Shown: piece after piece, positions 8,101 to 15,900 of the stretch | Layout of the letters: every line of letters begins with the position of its first letter | Position numbering within the stretch: the stretch's first letter is position 1 | Origin: Candidatus Omnitrophota bacterium | Lineage (GTDB): Bacteria > Omnitrophota > Gorgyraeia > Gygaellales > Profunditerraquicolaceae | DNA: 64,000 nucleotides | Assembly: GCA_023227985.1 (NCBI GenBank) | Contig: JALOCB010000003.1 | Coordinates: forward strand, 5,260-69,259 | Reading direction: 5' to 3' | Notes under the pieces: model-generated | Databases searched by the model: none | Told to the model about the DNA's origin: nothing | Seen by the model: only the letters and a program-made list of their open reading frames with translations | Made by a program: the position numbers and the translations under genes

Positions 8101-11100
8101 CGGTTGTTACTATCCGCGGCGGCGATACCTGCCACGCGGCTATCTTTTGCCGTGAACAAGGGATCCCTGCGGTCACCGGCGCGGGCAAGGTTATACTCAA
8201 CGGCCAATTGCTTAAGACCGGTGACGCGGTTACCGTTGATGCTAATAACGGGAATATTTACGAAATGCCCGCTGATGCCGGAGCGCGCATTCCGATCAAC
8301 TACGTGAAATTCAAGATTAAACCGTATGGCATCCCCGGCGACGACGACAATATGCCGTATCCGGGCATCGGCCAGATCATCGCCGCGGCAAGTGCCGCTC
8401 AGCAGAACTCGCCTATTATGCTTGCGGTTGACGCGGTCGGTAACTCGCTGACCCGCGCCGAGTTCAAAGGCGAAGAGATCGGTATCAACGTTTACGCCGG
8501 CTATGGCCATTATCTTTTACAGCAGATCAAGGCCGGAAAAATAAAGGAGCCAGTGAGGGTGCGTGTCCAGGAATTGATCCAGGGCAAGGTTCCCGGCGCA
8601 AAGAGGTTCGTGGACAATATTGAAAATGTTATGGCAGGCGCTTTTGCCAAGGATCCCGCCGCGCGTTCGGCATATCGCGACATTATGGGTAAGGATTTCA
8701 ATAAGGCGGATAGCCTGCAATTGCTGGAGTTTTTCGATTTGAAGAGCGACATTGAGCTGTATGGATTGGATGCGCTTAAACTGGTAAAACAGCAGGTTGA
8801 TATTCTTGATCTCGTTCCCCGGCTTCCGGAGAATATGTATCAGACGCTTGAATATCTTTATGGCGCCACTCAGCGCAGGCTCAACTATGATTATAATATT
8901 ATCGCCGATCTTCAGAACCATCCGTGGATACTGAAAGAAGTCGATTCTAAACTCGCGGAAAAGGGTTACGCGACGTTCAAGGAATACATCACTAACGAAT
9001 TCCTGTATTTTTACAATTTGATGGGTTTTACCATTGCGCCCGATCAGACCGCCAAGAACAGGGCTTACGATTTCGCCCAGGATAAGATCCGCGGCATGCC
9101 CGGTTCCGAGGTTTTTTCCTGGCCCGGAGTCAATCCGTTGGTCGGTTTGCGCGGTACGTCGTTGGAGATCGAGGCCTTTGACGAAGATTTCGGCGGCAAT
9201 CAGCTGGTATTGGATTTTCTTTTTGATTCCGTGATCCAGGCGCACCAGAATACCGGTAACCAAGCCTGGTTTTATGTGTTTGTCCGTTCTTCCCGGGAGT
9301 TAGAGACCCTGGATAAGATCATTGAGCACAAGGCTAAGCAGACCGGGAAGCTTCCGAAAGAGATCGGGATCATGATCGAAGTTCCCAGTGCCGCTTTGGT
9401 GGCTGATGAGCTTGCTGTTAAGATGTCCGAGATGGAGAAAAAATATAAGAAGTATGGCGTTGAGCATACTTTCTTTTCCTTCGGCACTAACGACTATTCG
9501 CATCTTGCTGGTATGGGTGACCGTGAAGACCCGCGAATGAAACTCAAGATTATGGATCCCGCAGCGATCGAAGCGATCGGCGAGATGAAAGCAGCGGGGT
9601 ATTATTATGATGATGCTGCTAAAGTGCTTCCGTTGATTGATGAAGGCGCTGATGTTATGCAGCAGCTTATGGAAACAGTGGTTGCTGCGGCTAATGGTTC
9701 AAGCGTGGCTACCTCGCTTTGCGGCGAGGCGATCACCGCCCTGGTTAACCGCGGGGATTATGAGACCGCAGGCAAGATAATGGCGCTTCTGGATTCTTTC
9801 GGCGTGAGCATGATGAAAGTCCGCCTCGCAGCTTCAATGACGCGCGTGGACACCATGGCGGCTACCAAAGGGATCACCATTCCGGAAGCCGGACGTTCGA
9901 TCCTGTTCGATTTGTCTGCCGGCGAGGTGAAACAGAAAAAGGGCGTCATCAAGGGCGAGATAATATTCGTTGATAATGCCGATGATCTCGTCCCGAACGT
10001 CCTTAAAGGCCTTCAGGGTCCGGAGCTGACGAAAAAGAAAGAGATGTTCAAGCTCCAGAGCCTGGAAAACGCCCGTTCGACTATGCGTACCTTCAATAAG
10101 ATCGTAATTATCACTAAAAACCTCGTTGCTCAGCAGGAGCCTGAGTTGGTCGCGGAGATGGGCAAAGCCGCATTCAGCAAGTTTGTCAATGACGGCCTGC
10201 TTAAAGATATCGGTAATGGGCAGTATGTCTGGACGAATCTGGGTGTAAAGACGGAGAAGTTCAACCAGGAATTGACAATTCAAGGTTTCTCTGAAAAAGA
10301 ACGTAAAGCTATTGAAGGTTTGTGGCAGAAGGCCTGGGATAACAGCATTGAAGGGCTTGAGCGCCGCGGAATTGATTGGGATGATCTACAATATGCCAAG
10401 GCTATAATCGTTGATGCGGACGTTAACCTTGATGGCTGGGATGTGTTCCGCAAGGACAAGAGTATTATTCCGACCCGTATCAAGGCTACGGTCAAAGGTA
10501 TAAGCTCCCGCCGTGCGGAGTTAGAAGGGCAATTGGCAACTATAGATTACGCCGCTAAGAAGGTCTACAAGGATTTTCTCAGCGTGGAAAAGATCGCTGC
10601 CGTCCTGCGCAGTCTTCCTATCCCAGCGGAAAAGCCTATGATAACTACGCAATCGGCTGTCGCGGAGAACGCCAACAGTGTATACCAGAAGATCGGGTAT
10701 CATCCTAAGCTCCTTCTTGCCTATGAGCGGAATGCTGTGAATGAACTTGGAAAGATATTCGAGGAATATGTAGGCAAGCTGGTTGAAGAAGTTGAAAAAG
10801 TTACTCAGGAGACCGACGTTCAGAAACGCGTATGGCTTTTACAGAAACTGCAGAATAAAGTTGGCGGGCTTGCGGAACCGATGATCAAATCGTTTATGAG
10901 CGATGTGCTTTCCGAGGCCATGCGCACAGGTGCGGTAACGCTGCCGGATAACTGGAACAAGAAGCTTTGGGAGGCCTATCGCAGCGACCTGGAAAGCGAG
11001 ATCAGTAAGATCCTTAACGGAAAGACGGTTGAGCAGTATTTTATCGCGCAGTTCAGCGAACAGATGAAGGAAGTGCTCTCCGCCAACAAAGGGGCATTGG

Positions 11101-12698
11101 TTGTCCATCTTTTGGGAAGCCTCAACTGTGTTGATTTCTTTAATATGAAAGGCGGTTTCCTGGTTGAACAGGTCAATCCCAACCCTGATTACGGCATTCT
11201 TGGAGCGGCGCGCGCAATAGGGGATATGTGGGAGATAAACCGCATGGAATTGTCCGCTTTTAAGGCGGTATGGGATAATCTGCCGGTTGACCAGCGCGGT
11301 AATTTTGGCCTGCAGATCACCAATCTCAAAGGCACCCAGTCCGGCGCGGTGGTGATCGGCTGGCGTAATATTCTGAAACAAACCGGTATTATCCCGGGGC
11401 AAGACGGTTTGCAGGTTGGCGTCAATATCGTCACTCCGGCGGATAGCATCGCTGCGGATAAGTATTTTGAGTACTTTAATACGCTCGGAAGCGGGTTAAG
11501 TTTTATCTCATATGATGCGTTGAAGCTTGGCGCTGCCTGGGCCGGCGTGGATATTTTTTGGAAGGAATGGAGGAGGCTGGCTAAGGAAGATGAGTTGTTG
11601 AGGTTCGGCGTCATGACCGGCTGGATGGCGGAAGCCAAGGCTCTGAGGTTCGGCGGCAAAGTCCTTTCCTTTGATATTTCTGACGAAGCCAAACAGACTG
11701 ACGGCGGCGCTGAGGTTGTGCCTTACCGGGTAGTGGTGGAGAATCTCTTCCGGGGGATCATTAAGAAATATGATGCTTTGGATAACGGCCAAGCTCTTTC
11801 TCTCGAAAAAGAAGAGTTGGAGGCAATACTCTGGATCTTGAATTCTTCTCCTTTTGAGAATATGTCAAGCCCGTTTGCCGCGATCAAGAGTATGAAGAAT
11901 ATCAGGAATGTGATCGAAAGGCTCAGCGATGACCAAAAGAAGGCCCTAAGTGTACTTTCACAGGGCTTGGTTTTTGTCAATCACGGGCTGGATAAAAAGG
12001 TGGCGGCATTGCTCGTAGACAAGAAGTTGCTCGACACCGCATATGAATCCGACACGGCGGTATATAAAGGGTTGAACAGCGGTTTTGACAGCTTCGCCAA
12101 TGCCTTGAAAGAGGTTAAGAATGCCGAGGGCGCTTTAGTGGTTAGCGCAAATGCTGTGTTGAATAACGCCGGAACGCTGAGAGTCCTGAGAGAAATAAAA
12201 GAAACCGGGCTGACCTTGGAAATAATCGTCCGGGCTGATACGGAAGATCAGGTGAATAAGCTGATTGCCCTTCGGGCAGACGAAGTCGCGACTATCCAGG
12301 CCAAGCGGCTGTCAGTTGTGCTCAGCGGCTTGAAGAACGCGGGTATAACCGATGGCAAGATAGTGGTGATTAAAGGCAAAGAAGAAGTAAAAGACGCGGT
12401 AGAAGCCGGCGTAAAGGTCGTAGAGATCTCCATGCCTAAAACAGAGGAGTCCAGTATCAACTCCATGGCCTTAGTTGCGGCAAAAGCGGTAATCATAGTG
12501 TTAAATGGTGAAGAAACGGTTGCCGCGCAATACCGGGAAATGGCGGTAAAATACGCCGCAGATAACAGCGTAACCTCTGAAGAATTGGATGATCTGCAGG
12601 ACCTGACCAGCCAGATCTCGGAGATACCCATGGCCAAGGTCAGCGAAGAAGTCGCTAAGGCGCAGGCCACTTATGAGGAGACTATAAGCAAGATATAA
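4926..12698 (+). CDS. Giant fusion protein 2: leader + PEP-utilising dikinase (PPDK/PpsA family) with large insertions + degenerate duplicate of its His and TIM-barrel domains + shared C-terminal module
   Basis: 2590-codon ORF with GGAGGG 4 nt upstream of the ATG. Motifs: LAGGKGLSLSVM, VAVRSSGTKEDI, GSQAGQSDTFLNV, IRGGDTCHAAIFCREQGIPAVTG (His codon 8133-8135), FFSFGTNDYSHL, SLCGEA. Confidence 0.85.
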   Translation: MFVRLSQNNLFRKIVGILILLQFSAGFAVIRGYAAPGNLRPAAVKQDGSRSGTIQNSLDAASLDKVIKTPVIHKDGGITGQDVFKNILGEYRVSSTINNLAFGTFVQGQIDLSSVQNREALVNNFGEIKSKDRFFTLEYAGIPLALVKKAETGEITVKKVVEDIASIPLNILSDNAEKLKTEGVTSSDILVRDFLILEKRSRIDITQCMTVEFGELRDYVYNLAKNVGQEKALEMASAFAGKATVDEAMAEVGEKAKQLGRDQAKDTGLALAGGKGLSLSVMSRVVDVPPGLNVTTTAYFKFVKDNKQVWEKIFNELQTLDTMDDQKRDVVTSEIRDVIKSAPIPEDIKAEVTAMYHQLSVIRFLAGKPSPAPVAVRSSGTKEDIHVKTWLPVSTGSQAGQSDTFLNVKGERDVLDKLRADWASLFTDRAVSYRDDATFLQFSGAIDFNGKTSQDVYWGIVAKLREYSKKLDKPEYNVYADLMSKVTSPNPGSVSLMNAMEEILRQESNPEMSNALAVLKKKAEEVVHPEQIGIDVVIMQMAKSYLAGVLFTVNPATKMAGVAQSLYKSWYMGDDSLVYRDAKTDIIQGTRPIVVSFDVAFGYGENVVGGKVNPDKFIMGTYDGESWFVIEKSKGNKLIQMKDVEEVIDLLKDKISEKGQRQLAMTVKDAIAYDEVGKRINGIMATKLYGIKYLKALEGKEESDKDKKARVQAIANEIADMVKNKVSEDEVVAFIKGNFEVVNRKGYKGIQEMALSGVVREVFEKVQQAQAETDRGMFKLSKQLGDMGKADTLIHMIKEVWENKEFTLSDRQAILDKLNLTNQELRNMSYLIRALVDNSFTSNYETTLTHQDTFTMTDDQAQYVARMGWAITEYYKDARDIEYAIEIDKTASSDKAVRLYVVDDLGNVQGMDNNGNLVTVKSEKDKARIKEAKLRLYNVQARPYTAEYLKVDVMRARTEADEKWLEENSPKAIASGTKGENATQGYVLVFDPNKDVAWHADQIRRLKAGDFTAEEKAQIMAMGFNPEEYGSGKEKQLSVILYLLEADPNHDPIMRLVDSVVTIRGGDTCHAAIFCREQGIPAVTGAGKVILNGQLLKTGDAVTVDANNGNIYEMPADAGARIPINYVKFKIKPYGIPGDDDNMPYPGIGQIIAAASAAQQNSPIMLAVDAVGNSLTRAEFKGEEIGINVYAGYGHYLLQQIKAGKIKEPVRVRVQELIQGKVPGAKRFVDNIENVMAGAFAKDPAARSAYRDIMGKDFNKADSLQLLEFFDLKSDIELYGLDALKLVKQQVDILDLVPRLPENMYQTLEYLYGATQRRLNYDYNIIADLQNHPWILKEVDSKLAEKGYATFKEYITNEFLYFYNLMGFTIAPDQTAKNRAYDFAQDKIRGMPGSEVFSWPGVNPLVGLRGTSLEIEAFDEDFGGNQLVLDFLFDSVIQAHQNTGNQAWFYVFVRSSRELETLDKIIEHKAKQTGKLPKEIGIMIEVPSAALVADELAVKMSEMEKKYKKYGVEHTFFSFGTNDYSHLAGMGDREDPRMKLKIMDPAAIEAIGEMKAAGYYYDDAAKVLPLIDEGADVMQQLMETVVAAANGSSVATSLCGEAITALVNRGDYETAGKIMALLDSFGVSMMKVRLAASMTRVDTMAATKGITIPEAGRSILFDLSAGEVKQKKGVIKGEIIFVDNADDLVPNVLKGLQGPELTKKKEMFKLQSLENARSTMRTFNKIVIITKNLVAQQEPELVAEMGKAAFSKFVNDGLLKDIGNGQYVWTNLGVKTEKFNQELTIQGFSEKERKAIEGLWQKAWDNSIEGLERRGIDWDDLQYAKAIIVDADVNLDGWDVFRKDKSIIPTRIKATVKGISSRRAELEGQLATIDYAAKKVYKDFLSVEKIAAVLRSLPIPAEKPMITTQSAVAENANSVYQKIGYHPKLLLAYERNAVNELGKIFEEYVGKLVEEVEKVTQETDVQKRVWLLQKLQNKVGGLAEPMIKSFMSDVLSEAMRTGAVTLPDNWNKKLWEAYRSDLESEISKILNGKTVEQYFIAQFSEQMKEVLSANKGALVVHLLGSLNCVDFFNMKGGFLVEQVNPNPDYGILGAARAIGDMWEINRMELSAFKAVWDNLPVDQRGNFGLQITNLKGTQSGAVVIGWRNILKQTGIIPGQDGLQVGVNIVTPADSIAADKYFEYFNTLGSGLSFISYDALKLGAAWAGVDIFWKEWRRLAKEDELLRFGVMTGWMAEAKALRFGGKVLSFDISDEAKQTDGGAEVVPYRVVVENLFRGIIKKYDALDNGQALSLEKEELEAILWILNSSPFENMSSPFAAIKSMKNIRNVIERLSDDQKKALSVLSQGLVFVNHGLDKKVAALLVDKKLLDTAYESDTAVYKGLNSGFDSFANALKEVKNAEGALVVSANAVLNNAGTLRVLREIKETGLTLEIIVRADTEDQVNKLIALRADEVATIQAKRLSVVLSGLKNAGITDGKIVVIKGKEEVKDAVEAGVKVVEISMPKTEESSINSMALVAAKAVIIVLNGEETVAAQYREMAVKYAADNSVTSEELDDLQDLTSQISEIPMAKVSEEVAKAQATYEETISKI
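5688..6845 (+). other. Domain: dikinase N-terminal ATP-grasp (nucleotide-binding) region
   Basis: GGKGLSLS..VPPGLNVTT, VRSSGTKED, QAGQSDTFLNVKG, DRAVSYR, IDVVIMQM..AGVLFTVNP. Confidence 0.75.
7833..8270 (+). other. Domain: phosphohistidine swivel domain
   Basis: GTKGENATQGYVLVF ... ILYLLEADPNHDPIM ... TIRGGDTCHAAIFCREQGIPAVTGAG ... GDAVTVDANNGNIY. Confidence 0.8.
8343..9845 (+). other. Domain: PEP/pyruvate-binding TIM barrel
   Basis: NPLVGLRGTS, GIMIEVPSAAL, FFSFGTNDYSHL, SLCGEA. Confidence 0.75.
9918..11675 (+). other. Degenerate duplicate of the swivel and TIM-barrel domains; catalytic His and GTND motif lost
   Basis: GVIKGEIIFVDNADDL ... AKAIIVDADVNLDGWDVF ... GQLATIDYAAKKVY mirrors the swivel-domain layout without the His. 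EQVNPNPDYGILGAARAI, LQVGVNIVTPADSIAAD and LSFISYDALKLG mirror NPxLGxRG, MIEVPSAAL and FSxGTNDL. Confidence 0.5.
12078..12695 (+). other. Shared C-terminal module, copy 2
   Basis: EGALVVSANAVLNNAGTL..LEIIVRAD..ATIQ..GITDGKIVVIKGK...DLTSQISEIPMAKVSEEVAKAQATYEETISKI aligns with copy 1. Confidence 0.8.
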
Positions 12699-12703
12699 TA
12701 TAT

Positions 12704-12758
12704 TGAGGCCGGGTCTTGTAACCGATTCAAACGCAAGGGAATACAAGACCGGGTCTTG
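12704..12758 (+). repeat. Intercistronic hairpin, second copy: 17-nt arms, 21-nt loop, same core sequence
   Basis: TGAGGCCGGGTCTTGTA (12704-12720) pairs with TACAAGACCGGGTCTTG (12742-12758). As RNA, 16 of 17 positions pair: three DNA mismatches become G-U wobbles and one G-G mismatch remains. The loop length is identical to the 4774..4828 element. Confidence 0.7.
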
Positions 12759-12778
12759 ATAATTAGAGGAGGGAAAAG

Positions 12779-12961
12779 ATGTCCAGGCCGTCTAAAAACA
12801 ATAGTATCTCTAAAATAATTTCCGGCGTTGTGATCGCGCAATTTATCATGAGCAGTATAGCCCTGCGCGGTTATGCCGGCACAGACAATTTAAGGCCGGC
12901 TCCGGTCAAAGATTCCGACCGGATAAGCGTTCTGGCCGATGAATTGCAGAAAGACGGCGGC
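12779..12961 (+). other. Shared N-terminal leader, copy 2 (RGYAGTDNLRPAPVK ... KDGG)
   Basis: Aligns with 4926..5156. Confidence 0.75.
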
Positions 12962-15900
12962 AAACTGGCTGAATGGATCCATATCTTAGCGGAAAATACA
13001 ATTGTGGGCGATGCCGCTAAAGGTTCGAACGTCGGCATGGTCATACGGCTGGGAAAGCTTGTTGAAGAGAATATATCCGGGTCCATATTAGGGCATTCGG
13101 CAAACCGGAAGGCGTATATAAAGGAAGTGGGCGCTCAAATCGCTGAAGGGCTGCGTTTGACCGGAATGGAAGAAAAGGCGATCGCGGCTGCCAGCCGCAA
13201 GATAGCTTTTTCCAGATACGATAACATCATGAATCACCGGATCCAGGCGATGTTTCAAGCAGGGATCAGGGAGATCTGCCTTTGCGTAGGCAGTGATAAG
13301 GATAAGCTCACCGTTGAGGAAGAGATATCGGATGTGCTTGCGCAGTTGCAGGTGTCTTTTGCCGATGTCTCTTTGGAACAAATAAAAAAGATAATTTTCC
13401 ACGTGGCTTGGGAGCCTGCGGCGAATATCGGCACCGGTACTGCTGTCGGTCCGGAAAAGATCAAGCTGGTCCATCAGGCTATCTATGAATTCTTTGCCGA
13501 GAAGTATAATACACCCTCCGGGTATATCGGCGATGTTTGGGGGAAGTCATTGAAAATACTTTACGGCGCAAGCGTTGACGGAAAGAACGTCGACGGCATA
13601 ATGGCGGTGAAAGAGGATAAAGGCATGGCTTTGGTGCACGGCGTGTTATTCGCTTCTTCGGGTAAAAAGGCCGATGGCTTCCTGGCTGTGGCCGAGGGGG
13701 TTAGCCGCGCCGCGGAAAGGGATAACGCCCAGTATGTCTGTTTTGTCAACCTTAAGGAATTCGCCAGGGCTGAGAAAGATGAGGCTTTGACTTTTGTCGT
13801 CGAGATCGTCCGGGCCATTGCTTTAGGACGGATCGATCCCCGGCATACCATTCTGGCGATCGCTGACCAGGATGTACATCTAAAGGAGTGGCAGGACGCG
13901 ATCGTCGGCAGAAGCGTTTCGATGTCGGACGGCGGATACGCGTATGTTGAAGGAACGAACTTTAAGGACAAGAATGTGCTTTTTCGCCCGGATTATAACA
14001 CTCCGGCTTCGGTAAAGACCGATGATCAGGGTAATGTTTTGTCGATCAAAATATCCGACGCAAGCAGGATCGTTGATTCCTTCCCGGCTTTGACCAAGAT
14101 CCTGAAAGATAAGCCAAAACATGTGGTTGTCGTTGTCCATTTCGAACCTAAGGTGTTGAATCCCGCGACCGGTAAGAAAGACAAGAAAAATCTGTCTACT
14201 AAAGTCACAGCGGACAAACTTAAAGAATTGCTGCCGGCGGAATATAAAGATAAGGTAATATTCCTGGCTGATTCAGTCAATGACAATGGGATTGCCGCCG
14301 AAGCAATGCGGGCTATAGAAAGTTATACTGATTCCGAGATCATCGTATTGGAAAATATCCGTTTTGCCAAAGGCGAAAAGAAAGGTGCCCCCGAGCTTAA
14401 TGATCCTAAAGGTGTAGCTTTACGCAAACAGCTTTCAGGATTAGCGGACGAATATGTGGTGGATGCCTTGGGTAATATTCATCGCGCCCACGCATCAATG
14501 CTGCCTTTGCCCGGGGTGCATAAAGTCATGGGCAGTCTTGTGGAAAAAGAGATTAAAGTGTTCAACCGGATACTTAACCCGGCGCATCCTTATGCCGGGG
14601 TTAACGGCGGTAATAAGGTTGAAGATAAAGTGGATACCATGGATGTGTCTTTGTCGACGATGCAGGAAGGCGACGCGATCATCATCGGCGGGGCTATGGC
14701 CTACACTTTTTTAAAGGCGCAGGATCCAACATTGAAATTGGGCAAATCACTTGTTCAGGCGGATAAAGTTGATCTGGCTAAGACTATACTTGAGAAGGCC
14801 GCCCGGAAGAAGGTGCGGATAATCCTTCCAGTGGACCATCGCATCTCGGATAAACTCGCTCCCGGAGCAGCAGAATTGGTTACTGAGGGGCTGGAAGTGC
14901 CGGATGGGTACATGGCGGTAGATATCGGACCCAAGACTGAAAAAATAGTCGCCGAGGTCTTAAGTAATGCCCAGACCGCTTTTTGGAACGGCCCAATGGG
15001 CGCGTTCGAGGATGAGGCTGGTGGTTTTAATAAGGGGACTTATACGGTTGCCAGGGAACTGCAGAAAATGGGCAGGTCCGGACGCCTGGCCGGTATCGGC
15101 GGCGGGGAGACACGTATGGCAGCAATTAAGGCCGGGGTTACCGATGCTGACGGCGTGTTCATGTCCAGCGGCGGCGGTTCCACGCAGGAATATTTCGCCA
15201 AGAAAGGCAATCTCCCGGTGATCAAGAATCTGGAGAATGACGAAACCGCCCAGAAAAATCTCGTCCTCGCGGGGAAATTGGGGGTAGAACCCGCGGATCT
15301 GGCGCGTTTTGAAGCGGCAGACAGCAGTATTTATAATGCCTTGGGAGATAAACTTTTCAACGGCTATATATCTCAGGTCAGAAGGTTGCTTCCCAGGTTT
15401 TCGACAGGCCAGAAATTAAACGGCGCTCTGTCCAAAGCAGAGGTCTCTGCGGAGGTGATTAAAGATTCGCGCGGAAACAATACTGTCCGGGCAACTTTAA
15501 AGATCGGGGATATTGTTACTGTCGGCGAAGTCCCTGCAGGCGCTTCCAAAGGGGCAGCTGAGGCTTTTGCTTTTCCGCCGAAGGAAATAGATAGGGCGAT
15601 CGCCAACGTGGCGAAGATCCAGGAGATACTTAAGAACAGCGGCCTGGATATAAGCAAACACAGCGATCTGCGCAAGACGGAACAATTGATCATTGCCGCG
15701 GCCGGTGAAAACTTCGCGACACTGGGCGCGAACGCCACAGTCCCTATTTCCTGGGCCTTGTGGAGGATGGCGGCAGCGTTGAATAATATGGAACTCTGGG
15801 AATACATCCGGATCAATGAGCCGGGAGTTGTCGGTAATGATCCGGTTTATTTCTATATGAACATATATAACGGCGGGCTGCACGCTTCCGGAGGCGACGC

